From Epiperipatus broadwayi (lineage: Eukaryota > Animalia > Onychophora): a stretch of 64,000 nt of DNA. Below the pieces are notes generated by a model that saw nothing but the letters and a program-made list of their open reading frames with translations, was not told where the DNA came from and ran no database searches. The stretch's first letter is position 1. Each line of letters opens with the position of its first letter. Below, in pieces: positions 37,931 through 51,804 of this stretch. A program made the position numbers and the translations under genes. The DNA lies in NCBI GenBank assembly GCA_028023455.1, contig JAQFVV010000004.1:20522001-20586000 (forward strand), in the 5' to 3' direction.

Positions 37931-40689
37931 CTGCTTCTGCTATTAAAATATATTCTAAAACTTAGTATTTTATATTTATTTGATACATTTTGATCTATTT
38001 CTATATATGTCATTTTCAGGGATTTTTTTTTTACATATGCATATAGAATATAAACACTTCATAAATTAAAGTAAAATAAGAATATCAAAATCTGCACCAT
38101 CATTCTTCTCATATTATTATTATATAAATACTTTTTTCTATGTAAAATAAAAATATTTTTTTTAACTATTAATATTACTATAAAAATGTTTCTTTTTAAT
38201 ACAATTATTTTTATTAATGTTTTCAATATATTTAAATTAATATGATTGTATTAACTTACATATTAAGCAATGATTTTATATTCTATATATTTAATTTATT
38301 TTTAAATAATAAAATACTAACAAAATAATAATAATAATAATTACTATTTAAACATACTGGAAAAATACTTTTATCGTTTAGTTTTAGGAATATTTCCCCC
38401 TTTGTTCTTTTTGAAATAAATCACAAAAAAAAAAAAAAAAAAGATCTTTTTATAGAGGTGTATCATTTATTATATTAAATTACAATATATATAATTATTT
38501 TTTAAAAAAGGAATCACATACACAACTTGTTAAATTTCTTTTAGTCATTTATTCTTAATAGAAAAAAATATTTGTATTAATATAACTTTCTTTCTTCTGT
38601 CAGTTGTAATTAATAAGTGAAAGCTATAAACTTATTTTAGATATTTATCAACTTTCACTTCATTAAGGGGATTACAGATATATTTTATTTATATATAATA
38701 CTTATATGTTTACATATGTTTTGTTCAAAAACAATTTTTTGACACTTATTTTTACTGATAAACTTATCTTTGATTAAAAATCTGTTTTTAGCAGACGAAT
38801 TTCCACTTCTAGAGTAATTTTTAATTTTAACCAAATATTTTATTTGCTGTGACAAAAATGGATTTTTAAAATAATAATAAGTTGGTTATCAAGTATAAAT
38901 TTACATCTTATGTACTGTCATAATTTCAAACTTGAAGTCTGGAAACAAATATTCTATGTTCTCCTTTTTAATTATTGAACTCAATCTGCCATTTGAGGGC
39001 TAAAATATCACATGATCTTCTTAGCAATAGAAAATATGAGTATTATCTAAACTAATTCTGTAATATGGCAATAAATTTTAACAGCCCATTTGCAATTTAG
39101 AAAAACTAACAAACAATCTCAAAATTTAAGACCATTAACAAAGATAAATATGAAACAAAGTTGAAAACAATATTTGGCAGATTTTTGTATTATCAGTAAG
39201 ATTATAAATCACATTGTAATTATCTGATTTGTGTGCATTCTTCATTTTTAAAAGTAATCTCTTTGTATATATTTACAAGTTCTTTTAGAGATCTAAAAGA
39301 AATATAAAACTGAGAAATATAATAATAGATTTCTTTTTTATAGCAGTCATTCTAGGATTCTCACTTTATTCAAACAACACAACTTTTATTATGCTGAGTG
39401 ACTAAGAGGAAAAAGTTGCCAGCTGTTAATCTATTCTGGACACCTGGAATCTGACATTATGCCACTTAAAACATGTATTGATTAATACTTGCCATCTTGA
39501 AGAAATCGATCTATGACTATGGAAATTGGGCTTTGTAAGTTTGTTTTTTTTTTAAAAAAAACTGTTTAGACTTCATCCTAACATATTTTAAGTAAAAAAA
39601 AAAAAACCAACTGCTTAGACTTTGTCCTAATCATTTTCAGTTTATTTGTTAGGAAAGAAAAAAAAGACTACATTTGCAATTAAGCTTGCACAAATATTCT
39701 TACTGTGTTTTAAAATCAAAATTCACTTTATTTTCTTTAATTAATATACATGTTAAAGTTTTCTTTGGAAGTAAAAAAAAAAGGGTTTTTTCCCCCCTCA
39801 GAAATTGTCAATTAAAAAAAATATAACTACGAAGATAATAATTATTGATAATTTAATTGTAACAATAGGGTTCATAGTTAGTCCTTCTTTTGATTGCTGG
39901 GAATTAGATTTTGTGTAGGTGAGCTTATATTATATATATAGTTGTTTATTCAGTAGCAAATAATTAAAATATTTCTGTATTGGAAGTGTCACTCAAGATT
40001 TTAGTTTTATAGATCGGTCTTAAAACAAGCCATCTTTGCAAAATCTGAATTTTATTGAATTGGAATCCCTTAAAGTTAATCATTGAAAAAAGTAACAGTT
40101 ATAATTATTTCTCATTAGAGAAATGTATCTATGTTAGGAAATTTTTGAGTTAAATAAATATCATATTTGTGAGATCGACAATATGCTGAATTGTATGTTA
40201 AATATGTAACAGATTAGGGATTGGCTATACGGCAAATATATACTGTATTAATATTATAAATGTAATGAAGATTAATGTTTAAAATTAATTAAAGAAATCT
40301 TTAACTGTTTATAAGTATTGTTTTCCTCCATGCGTGTGAACTAAATAATATAAAAGATTGGAGAAATAGTTTAATAATAAAAGGGGGGGGGGTATATTGT
40401 GAATGCCAATTATATTTTGTAATTAAACAATTGTTGTTATAATGTATTAACCTTTTATATGTAATATTGTCCAGTCTGTATATTTATTCCATATCCATTT
40501 ATCAAGAGTAACTTATGTTCTCCGCGACCTAGCCAGTTATTGCAAATAGGGGGCTATATAATGATCATCACCATTCTATTAAATGTTATTTAAATATATA
40601 TATAGATGCCAGTCTAATCTCTGATATTTAAAGTCAGGTGGGACCCTCATAAATTGAGATAAATGTAAATAATTGAAACATATTTAGTC

Positions 40690-41300
40690 TGACCATTATT
40701 ATAGAAATACTTCCAAATAAGAAATAGTTCCAGGTTATTTGCCAATTGATGGAGTTGAGGTATGCTATCACTCATTGCTTGAAGTGATTAGTAGCCAAGA
40801 AAGAAACAGATATTGCTGGGTATTGAATATATAATTTATCAATAAATTAGCAGAAGTGATGACAAGAAAAAAAGCTGATATCAAGTTTACCAGTAGAACA
40901 AAGTTAAACCAGCACTAAATCATTATCATTTTCTACTGCTGCTATGACAATGTTATTCACTATGTGGATGTCTTATAAACATAAATACTAAATGCATCAT
41001 CTACTATCTGGATATACAATTTCTGGTGGAATATTGAATATAAAGCATAAGACCTGTCGACCAATGGAAAAGCTAGATACATTGAAATACATCAAAATTA
41101 TTACTATAGATTTGATGCTGACAAAAAAACTAAATTTGTGAAGGATAAAATGCAGCAACACTATTATTGTTATGAGAAAAATCAACATTTGTAAGAATCT
41201 CAAAAATTAGAAGGATTGACTTTGCAAAGATGAAGATTACTTTGAAAACTGTCAAAAATGTGTAATTCAAAATTATATTAAGCATGGTGAAAATAAAAAA
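40690..41300 (+). mobile_element. Decayed RTE-like RT C-terminal fragment
   Basis: Remnant ILNIK motif and post-RT composition; heavily mutated. Confidence 0.4.
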
Positions 41301-41433
41301 ATATTAAAGATAAGACATAAAGATAATAATAAACAGTAAAATAATAATAAGAGCTCGATTTAAATTATACTTCATACAATCTTCAATAATTATTAAGTGA
41401 ATAATTAATAAACTCTTCATTAATAATTTTATA

Positions 41434-41820
41434 AACTCTCCATATATTTGTGCATAAAATCTCCATCTAGTGCCTACATCTAATATCCCCAGACTAGTTT
41501 CTAGCTTGTGGCTTTCAAATTTGAGAACACTGCACCTAGACCTTAAGATCTAATGCAACCCTCCAGTCACCAGCTTTTACTATTTGATTAACTACAAAGC
41601 TAGGAGTCCAAGATGAAAATACAATAATGTTTTCAATCCAAGCTCATTTACTTGTATAATCATATAGATTTGAATTCAGCATCCATATATTTACGTGACT
41701 TTGGTTTTTCAAAAAAATCCAGTCACCATTAACCTATAGGTAGGATAAGTATAAAATCATCAAAACATCATATGATCATCATTTCATATGCTAACATAGG
41801 CTGTTAATAACAGTATGCAA
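41434..41820 (-). mobile_element. HHR family A, minus arm distal part (HHR 5' half deleted)
   Basis: Reverse complement of ~44215-44640. Lacks about 17 nt (ccaaagctcctcactga) at ~41519. Confidence 0.85.
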
Positions 41821-43998
41821 TATGTTATGGCTTCTCCTTTATCGAAGTCAGGAATCTTTCAGCCAATATGTCCAGAGAAATCTATTAGCCACTTTATCTT
41901 CCCTTTCCATTTCCCACCCTAAGTTTTTCCCATTCTCCTTTATCAAAATCAAGAATCTTTCAGCCACTATATCTAGAGAAACCTGTCAGCCACTTTATCT
42001 TCCCTTTCCATTTCTCACCCTAAGTTTTTCCCATATTCTTCTCTGCCCCGTTCCATCCCATCTCCACAATATCATCTCAGTCCACTCTATGGCCTTTATA
42101 TCTAGATCCTTCTTATCTTTTTCCAAACCCAGCATAAAAACCAAGAACCCACTTTCTATATAAACACTTTATTTATATTTATTCCCCCTCAACTTCATTA
42201 TTTGTACCCTTTCTATTTGTAAGCATTTATATTCAATTAACAAATGCCTAATATTTTCCATATCTTCCTTATATAGCTTGCAGATTAAATCACCAACATT
42301 TCTCCATTTATGTGTAAATTCCCTTGTTGCTAATGATCCTGTTCGAGTCTTAAACAGTAAACTACTTTGCTTGCTATTACTGTAAATTAACCAACTTTTA
42401 TATATATTTAAACTCTTTTTACTCTCTATACTAGTTAACCATCACTTCAACTTCCTATTTTTTTATTAATACATCTATACTTCTATCCAATTCTTTGCCA
42501 CTATAACACTCAACAATGCTCCTAACACAATCATCCCACCTTTTGTAAAAGTATACTAACCTAAAGACTTTATCCAAATCTTCTGCATACTATATTACCT
42601 CTCTCACCTATCTTGTTGCCTGATCTTTACTCGTAATCTAATTAATTACTATTTTGGCTATTCTCTTGATATTCATAAATTGCAGTCTACAGATGATTTT
42701 CCATTTTGTTTTCTGCATCTCTCATTGTTACCATAAGTTAACCCTGCTGCTACCATTCCCTTCCATACAATTCTTACTACATATTTACTATATGAAAACA
42801 TTGTTCTTCTTTATCAGTCTCTTTCTTTTCTTTGCTTCATTTATCAATTTTTCCCCCCATTCATCCAAGCAATTTCTCTGATTACTTAAGATGATTCCCA
42901 CATTTAACTTTGTATCCTCCAAGAAAAAGTCTTTCTCTTCTCTTTCACCAGCATTTCTCATTACTTTTGATTTTTCTTCATTAAATTTAATCTGCATTTC
43001 TTTATCTACCTCAGCGCATGTCTTCAGCATAACTTCCATATCTCCCCTACTTTCTGATGCACAAGAAGATATCATCAGCAAATAAGACCTGATAATATAT
43101 ACTCCCTTTATCTATTAATGGCATCTCTACCCTTCCTAGTCTTTCTATTGCTGTCTCTCTATTTCTCTCAGATATAACAAAAACAAAATAGATGATATAA
43201 GGCATCCTTGCCTGAGTCCCATCCCTTTTTAACTCTAACTGATTCTATATTTCCTAATTGATAGATATAGTAATTATTTTCATACAATCTCTTAATAAGA
43301 TCCACTAATACTCCGTTCATTTCTCAAATTTACTAAACTTACCCATAATCTATTTCTATTTACTCTATTATATGCCTTCTCTATATCTATAAAGACCAAA
43401 TATAACTGTCTACCTGTATTCCTAGTCTTATCTATAAGTTGTGTTAACTACAAATATACACTTTGTGATTCTTCCAGCCACCATATATGCAAAAACTTTA
43501 TAAAACTCTGATGTTACACTTATGATCCTTACCCTTTCCTTTAAATAGTAGTCTTACTATTGTATTATTCTAGCTATCTGGAAATTCTGCCTTCTGTGCC
43601 ATCTTATTAAACGATGTGATGTGATGTATTTGGCTTCTCCTTAAATGAAGTCAAGAATATCTCAGCAATTATGCCCAGATAAACCTGTTAGCCATTTTAT
43701 TCTCCATTCCCCACTCTTAAGTCTTCCCATATTCTGCCCCATCCCATTTCCGCAACATAATCTTTGTCAACTCTATGGCTTTATATCTAAATCTCCCTTA
43801 TCTCTTCGCAAACCCAACATAAAAACAAATAACTCACTTTCTGTATAGTCACTTTGTTCATGTCTATTCTCCCATAACTTCATTATCTGTACCCTTTCTG
43901 CTTTCAAGCATTTACATCCAATCAACAGATGCCTAATATTTTCTATACCTTCCTTACACAATTTGCACACTAAATTATCCATAGTTTTCCATTTACAA
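41821..43998 (-). mobile_element. Two tandem 5'-truncated copies of the CCHC-finger LINE (41821-43612 RT to tail; 43613-43998 3' end), inserted into family A
   Basis: RT motifs FIDIEKAY, FADD (43080) and KFNEEKSKVM. Finger CKLCKEGIENIRHLLIGC. CATCA tail at 43613-43626. Same family as 3532-4770. Confidence 0.88.
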
Positions 43999-44679
43999 CA
44001 AACTCTCGTATACAGCTGTGTCAACAAGTGCAAGTCTTTGTAATCGATGGATGCAGGAAGATTTGTGTATAAAATCCCTATCTAATGTCTACTCATCTAT
44101 TATTCCCAGAGCCTTGGATTTGAGAGCACTGCACCTACATCTTAGGATTTAACGCAACTGTCGCAGCCACCTTTTACCTATTTGGTTAATTATAAAGCTA
44201 CTGTATAGACAGTTTGCTATTGTTATTAACAGGTTGTGTAAGCATATGAATTGGTGATCATGTGATGTTTTGATGGTTTTATGCCTATCATGCTTATAGG
44301 ATAATGGTGACTGGGTTTTGAAAAACCAAAGACACCAAAATATATGGATGCTGAACTCAGTTCAGACCTGTATGACTATAGAAGCAAATAAGCTTGGACT
44401 AAAAACATTATTGTGTTTTCATCTTGGGCTCCTAGCTTATAAAAGATAGCTGCTGGAGGATTGCATTAGAACCTAAGATATAGATACAAATCCAAGGTTC
44501 CTCACTGATGAAAGTCACAAGCGAGAAACTAGTCAGGGAATATTGGTGAGTAGGCACTAGATAGGGATTTTATGCACAAACCTTCCTACATCCATTGATT
44601 ACAACTTGGTGCCACTACTGTATGGAGAGTTTGCTAATTATTAATAGCCTGGCTAAGCATATGAAATGATGATCATGTG
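43999..44679. mobile_element. HHR family A: minus arm proximal part (43999-~44197) and plus arm (~44198-44679, ~1.2 monomers)
   Basis: In the plus arm, ctactgtat..gtttgcta..aagcatatgaa..gatcatgtga occurs at 44198 and 44615 (417-nt period). HHR core at 44500-44540. Confidence 0.85.
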
Positions 44680-45049
44680 AATAATTTTATATATTTTAAA
44701 TATGAAATGTTTAACAATGTGTTTTTGCATAAATAATATAATTTTATTAAATTTTGTATATAATTAATAAGTGACTTGAGAGACTTTGTATAGTATGTGG
44801 ATATACTCTATCTTTTAATTTGTTAAAAGCACTAGCAGCACATCAGACTCTATGTTGTAGTCAACATCAAAGTTCTCTTTCGATTTATAAAACTACAAAG
44901 AATTTTAAATTGGTTTATATTTTCAAGTTAATAACTATCTAAAGGAAAAATTGCTAAAGATTTTTCTTTTATCATTGGTTTTTAAAGAACTTGAATTTTC
45001 TTTTAACATTAATTATAAAATTAAAGTCTTTATATGTTGCATTTAAAAC

Positions 45050-45870
45050 ATTACATATATTCTGTAAATTGTTTTTCGAACTGACAAAAATACCCCAATC
45101 ATCAGCACACTGTAATCTAGAGTCAAAGAAGATCACGTTTTTGTTTTAATTTTTAATTGATTCAAATTTTAAAAAATTCCATGATCAAACTTATATCATT
45201 TCTTAATCCTGAATTCATTAAGCCATCTACAAATAGTTATGAAGTCAACATTCATAAAAGTTAAAAACAAAATTAAAACAAGTATACACCCTTGTTCAAT
45301 ACCAGTTTTAATTTCAAATATCTCATTTTCCACCTGTAATAATAACACTTTCATTCCATCCTGTAGAAGCTATACGATACAAAAAATTTTGGTGAAGAAC
45401 CAAATAATTCCAAATAATGGCACAGAACTGTTTGATTAAATGAATTAAATGCCTTGACCAAATCAATAGAAGCAGTTCACTATTTAAAGTTTCTGATGCG
45501 CTTCTTGCACTTACCAAGTAATAAATATTATGTATATAATGTCTTTTGATTGTCTAAAACCACACTTAAGTCTTTAGTAACCATTCATCAATGACTGAAA
45601 TTAACTTATTTAACACAATCCTTGAAAGTACTGTGGATAACAATAATATTTCATGATAATTACTGTAACCATGTCTATTTCCTTTATTTTTAAAAATTGG
45701 AACATTAGAAGCATCTTTAAGATGAGGCAGCATAACTTCATAGATTCATATATTCCTAAAAAGTTCTCTTTCAAGATAGTTTTATTTGACCTAAGAGCGA
45801 ATACAAAGAATATAATGGAAAATCACAAGTTATAGATTACAGAGTGTTATATACAAAGAAATTCTGATTT
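45050..45870 (-). mobile_element. RTE (BovB-like) LINE RT fragment
   Basis: Remnants KDASNVPIFKNKGNR, DLVKAF and KTGIEQGC, plus an ADD-like motif near 45100. Confidence 0.8.
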
Positions 45871-46137
45871 AAAAAATCAACTAATTACAAAACAAGTGTT
45901 ATTATATAGTTCCAGGTGAAAACATCTTTCATCTTAACTATATTAAAATATTAGTGTTAAAGGCCTTACTTTAGTAAGTTATGGGTGAAGAATTCTATTA
46001 CCCCTTAATTGTTATTTTCTAATAGTCTATTTAAGGGGTGATTATTCAGGTACTGTTTAAGCCAGTTGTGGGTTCCCAGGTTAGTATGGTCAGGTATGGG
46101 TCTGCCTCTCTTTTGTCTGTTTCTTGAATGTTTTTAA

Positions 46138-46515
46138 TCAAGTTGAAGAAGCAGTTATTAAGTTCATCGGACAGTAGCTTTTGAAAATTGCTTTGCATTT
46201 GGTTAACCAGATGGCAAAGTTTATGAATGTAGCAAGTCTGATTTCAGAGAAAATGCCTCTTTTTATAACCTCTTGAAGTGATGTTAAATCTGGACCATTA
46301 TTTTTAATGTGTTTGTGGAAGTTGTGTTTTAGACGTTGCCAGATTGGGCAAAAGTTAAGGATATGGTCAGTACCTTTCGGGCTGGAAAGACAGAGGCAGC
46401 AAATAGGATCTATTTTGAAGCCTCTTTTGGAAAGGAATGTAGCAATGGAGAGGCTTCCTAGGTTAATTTTCAGAAGGAAATCTGTGTGTTTAGGTGCCAG
46501 TTTAGAGTTAATATA
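46138..46515 (-). mobile_element. L1/Tx1-clade LINE ORF2 C-terminus (125-codon open frame without ATG)
   Basis: Reads ...DPICCLCLSSPKGTDHILNFCPIW...FAIWLTKCKAIF, i.e. a CCHC finger plus an IWxxRN-like motif. Confidence 0.75.
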
Positions 46516-47199
46516 TCACTACTATATTTGAAAGTGCTATGTTTCATCAGAACCTGCAGCTCTTTCGTTTTTAAGATTACAAAAAGCTATTTACACTGGA
46601 TATCTTCATCCAAACCTAAACTAAGTAGATAAAATGAATGTATCATTAAAATGTCATCTCAATTTTTGTATCATTATTGAAAAGATGATCAAAATATTTC
46701 TTTAACCTGTTCAAAATATCATTTTCATCATATTAGAGAATGCTAAATTCTATAGGATTATATTATTTTGCAGATTCACATGTTATTTTCAATACCCTAA
46801 AAAGATCAAAGAAAATCACAATCAGCACACATCTGTATCTTAATTTATGGTTTTAATCCACCAATTATTTTTAAGCCTTCTTGTCAATTGTTGAACTTCT
46901 ACCTTTAACTATCTATATTTAGTTTGACTCCACATTTAATTTTTTATTTGAGTGGACACACTTTCTTTAAATCAAGTGATTTATTTCTAGAAAACTAATC
47001 ACAATTCTCCATTCTAGTAAATCCAGGGATAGATTTATTTATATCCATAATACATTCCTAACAAGAATTCTATATTTTATTAACATGACAATTCTGAAAG
47101 TTCAAATTACAAACTTTAGTATTTAATAATTACTGAAATTTAGTATGAATAGTAGATACTGCTAAGGAATGAACATGAATTTTCTTGCAAATATGATTA

Positions 47200-47600
47200 A
47201 AATAATTTTTAAATGCAACTAACATTTTAACCCTGGAGCATACTAATGTATGATCTAGTCTACAATTTGTGTTAATATATTATAAGCTTCTTTTATATTT
47301 TGACTATCAGCTATAATATAATCTATTAAATTCAATTGTTTTGAGTATATTATACATCTATGTCTTTTTGTAGTGATTTTTCTGCCTAAATAAGTTTTTG
47401 TAATAGTTAATCTATATGTTGTACAAAAATTCAACAATAACAGATCATTTACATTTACAGCATCATTATTATTTCTAATAACTTTTAGCAATTTCTACTA
47501 TTTGTACTAATATATGCATTAAAATCGCCAAGAAAAAAATATTGATCATACTTTCTCTAAATCTAATGTTGGAATATGAGCATTAATAAAATAATATAGA
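47200..47600 (-). mobile_element. RTE LINE AP-endonuclease C-terminal fragment (probably the same element as 45050-45870)
   Basis: NVNDLLLLNFCTTYRLTITKTY...LNLIDYII is the typical APE C-terminus. Confidence 0.75.
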
Positions 47601-48378
47601 TATCAATGTGCAAGCCACATTTTAAAACCATTAGCCTTTAGTGAAACATAAAAAAATTTCAAGAATAGAAGATACTAAATTGGATTATATCCTCCATTCA
47701 TTACTTGATCTGCATTTGCAAAAAAACTTGTAGCTATCTGTGTTCTATTAAACTTCGTCTAGAAAACAAATTTCATCAAGAGTATTTATATCAATCTTAA
47801 CTCTAGATAGCTTCTTGGCTATCAATTGAATTTTTATTAAGTAAAATTTTCACATTCCGTATACTTAGAAAAAAATTAGATTTATAACACTTATCTTTAA
47901 TACTATCACTACCAGGTATAATAATATAGACAGACTATGCAAATCAGGCCATTTTTAGAATTTTGTTTTGTTGCTCTTCCATTTCTGTGGTAAGTAGATA
48001 ATCTCGTAACAGAATGCTTAAACATACAATTTTTACCAATCTAAAAATCCTATCCTAAATTCATTTCCAATATCTGATTCATTAGTAGTGAGCTAAAAAA
48101 AAATAATAAACAAATAAATGAAATGGAATCTGAATTGCTGTCAAGTAATTAAAAGATGAAAATGCAGTTGCATAAACGTATTATCACAGTTAATATAGGG
48201 AATGGCAATGGCATGAGAGGTTGACCATATCCTACCCTATCTTAAGTGACTGAAGACAATAAGGAAAAGAGGGAAACACATTACACAATATTTATATATG
48301 TATATGTATAATATAAATAATAAATTGATGCAAATTTTTTTATGCTATTAAATATATACAGTAATATGTAAAGGATAC

Positions 48379-48551
48379 ACTTTATAATCTTCTGTAGGAT
48401 ACAGTAATCCAAGGTATAACTCTCTGACATCACTGCTACTTTTATTAACTGATGACACTTTCTCTTCAACTACATCAAGGGAAGTATGAACAGTATATAA
48501 AAACTTCAGTTCATTATCTGATGAAAGTGATTTAACAAACAGAGGATTATT
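48379..48551 (-). CDS. TRAPPC2L: TRAPPC2L coding exon: [57 protein letters not shown]
   Basis: 173 nt, acceptor tatttag. The [10 protein letters not shown] and [15 protein letters not shown] motifs are characteristic of TRAPPC2L. Confidence 0.95.
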
Positions 48552-48834
48552 CTAAATAAAATAAAAATTATATATATATATATTCTAAAAAAATGTAAAA
48601 ATGAGTGAAATGAAATGTATGTATATATGGAGAGATACCAATCATTGTCATCCCTACTGAATATTACAATTATCTCAATTAACACTGTCAATAAATAATC
48701 ATGAACAAATATAAAATGAGAGAATCAGCATAGAATAAAATAAGTAGTTATAATAATAAATAACATTACCAGCATTAAACAAGCATAATCAGATCATTCC
48801 TTGTGACTGAATTTAAAAAAGGTTCAAAATCAAA

Positions 48835-49290
48835 ATGTAAGCTAATGATCTAGTCAATGCCAAACATAGGGCATAATGTAAAAACAATCATTTGTATGCA
48901 CATATTTCACTATAAACTCATCAACACTCCTTTAACACTTTAAGCAAATAATACTTAAGTGCTAAAGTATCTATCATAATAAAAAAGGCTGGCAAACTAT
49001 TAAATAATCAAATTATAAAAATGATTAGATATAACCCATCACATAAGGCAAATGGAATGATTATGTGTGATAGCAAAAGAACTTTTGAGCAGATAGTAAA
49101 GTTGCTGAGTCATCAAATCCAAAGAGGATTAGAAAAAAAAATTTGGCACCTTGACTTCCAAAATAAAAAAAATACAGACAGATATAAGGGCAATATAGCT
49201 GGTAAAAGATATAAAAGACATAATCCATGAGAGGAAGCATTGAAAAAAAGAAGGTTTAATAGTTATGTAAAAAATGGTGATAACGGGAAT
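48835..49290 (+). mobile_element. Decayed LINE-like 3' fragment; a homologous piece lies inverted at ~51440-51560
   Basis: aa(a/g)atgta(a/g)gctaat..atcta..ca.tgccaaac and tacttaagtgctaaa are shared in opposite orientation. Confidence 0.4.
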
Positions 49291-51804
49291 AAGAATTGAC
49301 CATTATCCTACTCCAGCCATACTCAAGTAAAGTTCAGTTAGGGTGAAGATCAATGGCCCTTATTAATGTGCAGCACCAAGGAAATAATACTTCCACATTA
49401 AAAAAATGAAACCAGCATGAAAGACACATATGGTGTCAGGCTTACCAGATTTTATCCCAAATAAAAGTACTAATAAATGATTTATTCCTTATAGTAAAAA
49501 AAATGATGAAAAGACATATAATCAAGATGATTTTTTCATCTGGATTAATTATTTTATTTCCATTTATGGGGGAGGGGGAAGAATTATCTCCTGTTTTTTT
49601 TAGAATATCAATTATGAAACTTTCAAGTAACATTTGTTAGTTGATAATATAAAAATTCAAGATTTTTAAATAGAATGTGAATATTTAGTTTGTTATGGAT
49701 AATTGTAAAATAGAAAAATATAAGCAAAAAGAGTAAAATAAATGTTAATTTTTTCTCACTTTTTAAGTAATTTTACTTATCAAATAGTTTATAGCTTTTA
49801 GAATGGGGAAAAAATGGGAAAAATCTTTAAACAATGTTACTCTTGATTAAGAGGGATTTTTTTTTCTCTCTCTCTAAAAAATGTAGTTTTCAAAATTAAA
49901 GGATTATCTATTTCTAGTAATTAAAAAGAAAAAAATAACAATAGAGGAATTTTTCAATGATTAAGGTATGTTTCTAATTTAAAAAAACACAGGGAATAAC
50001 CTTTTTGTAAAAACAGAATTTGTCATGGATTAATGCTGTCATTTTAAGGTAGTATATGACTGGTTGGATAACAAGATTGTATAAAAAATGAGGCACAAGT
50101 TAATGCATAAGACTTCAGTGTCTGGCGAGTAACAATCATTCTTGATCCAGCTATTGAGAAAACAGCAGTTCAGCTATGAAAAAAATAGTGAAAAGTTAAT
50201 TTTATAATCTGAAGTAAGACTAACCTCACTATTAATTATTAGAAGTATTTTAAAAATATTTGAAGAAACCATGTGCTAAATTTTAACTAAAAACTGAACA
50301 TCACCAATCCAACATTGAACTTGTTTCACTAAAAGAAAATGTAGAATACTCCTGGAAAAAAATTGCATCAAGCCTTCTGTGTTCATCTAAAATATGACTT
50401 TCAGTCTATGCTAATTTGATTGGAAATGTGTTACTCTGGAAATTAATATTATAATTATGAATTATAAATTTGAAGTTATAAAAATATATTAAAAAACTTT
50501 AATGAAGACAATGGATAAATTCAACTTGTGATAATCTATTCTGGACATTAATATAATTTTAATCTGAACACTTAAAAAAAAAAAAAAGGAAAAAACTGAC
50601 TTAAAAAGAAACTTAAAATTATAATTATAAAAAAAACTAAGAGAATGAAATCTGTGATAAAAATGTATTTTAGTGTGTGTGTGCATATCCACATTTATGA
50701 ATAATTTTTAAGTAATAATTGATAATAATGAATAATTTCTTACTGAAAAATGTTGTTTTCAAATTTAATTAAAATGGGTGAATAACTCAGTTAATGTAAA
50801 TATTAGTCAATTAGTAAGAATCAATAGGAAATAATTGTTTGCTATATGAAATTATATTTCCTGTATGAATTGTTAGATTTGAAATTTCATATTATCTTTT
50901 TTTTAAAAAATTTTATTAATTGTTAAAACATAGTTTCTGAAATTTTTTTTATACGATATCTTTATTCTTCCAGCTGTCTTTAAATTGGCAGTGTGTGTGA
51001 TCTGATTTCACCATAGTATTGTGCTTTAAGGAATTTTGTAGATTATTCCAGTAAAATTACTTTATAGAACTTGTCTAATGCCTTTACATTATGTTGATAG
51101 GTTGTTCAAGTTTCACTTCTATACAATATATTAAATAGAAAAAATGGAGATATATAAAGTAGATTAAGCATATACACTTATATTTTCTCTTATTCACAGT
51201 GACAATCCCTAGGACCCTAGTAATCTTGAGCTAGCTCTGGTATAAGTTAATTTATATGAGAGGATATATGTTTGTGTTTGAACATCCAGATAATTCTCTG
51301 GTTGGCACAAAGATCTAGATTACCTTTAAAATCTATTTACTGGACTTTATTTATGCAAATTAGAAGTTTATAGCTGGCCTACACACTCATATCTTATGTG
51401 GACAGAACATTGATAATGATAAGCATATATAGATATTAGAATTTTTTTTATTATGATATTTTAGCACTTAAGTATATACATGCAGATGATTCTTATATGA
51501 TGCTCTTAAGTTTGGCAGTGAATAGATAATTAGCCTACATCTTGATATTGAATCTTTTATATTCACACACAAGAGATGACTGTTGATTCTCTAATTCATG
51601 TTTAATGCTGGTTACGCAACTTATAATCCTTGTATTTATTTTAATTTATATTGACTCTCTCATGCTCCTTTTATACTTATTGATGACTTTCACTGATGTA
51701 TTGAGGTGATTGTGATATTTGGTGAGGATGATTTGCCACCATCCTATATTTACTGCGTCATATTTATTCATACCATTACAATATATATTAACCATTAAAT
51801 GACA

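Larger units (their letters stand above)
36665..48378 (-). other. TRAPPC2L: U12-type (minor spliceosome) GT-AG intron, 11714 nt
   Basis: 5' splice site GTATCCTTT (48378-48370). Branch-site TTTTCTTAAC (36690-36681) lies ~16 nt before CAG. Splicing restores EDYK-V-YGY. Confidence 0.88.

Noticed and set aside
40205-40558. Possible small solo LTR (TGTAAC...GCTATA)
   Set aside because: No CA end or matching TSD; left unclassified.
48518-48545. CTGATGA hammerhead-like seed
   Set aside because: It is the antisense of TRAPPC2L codons (SSD); no stems.
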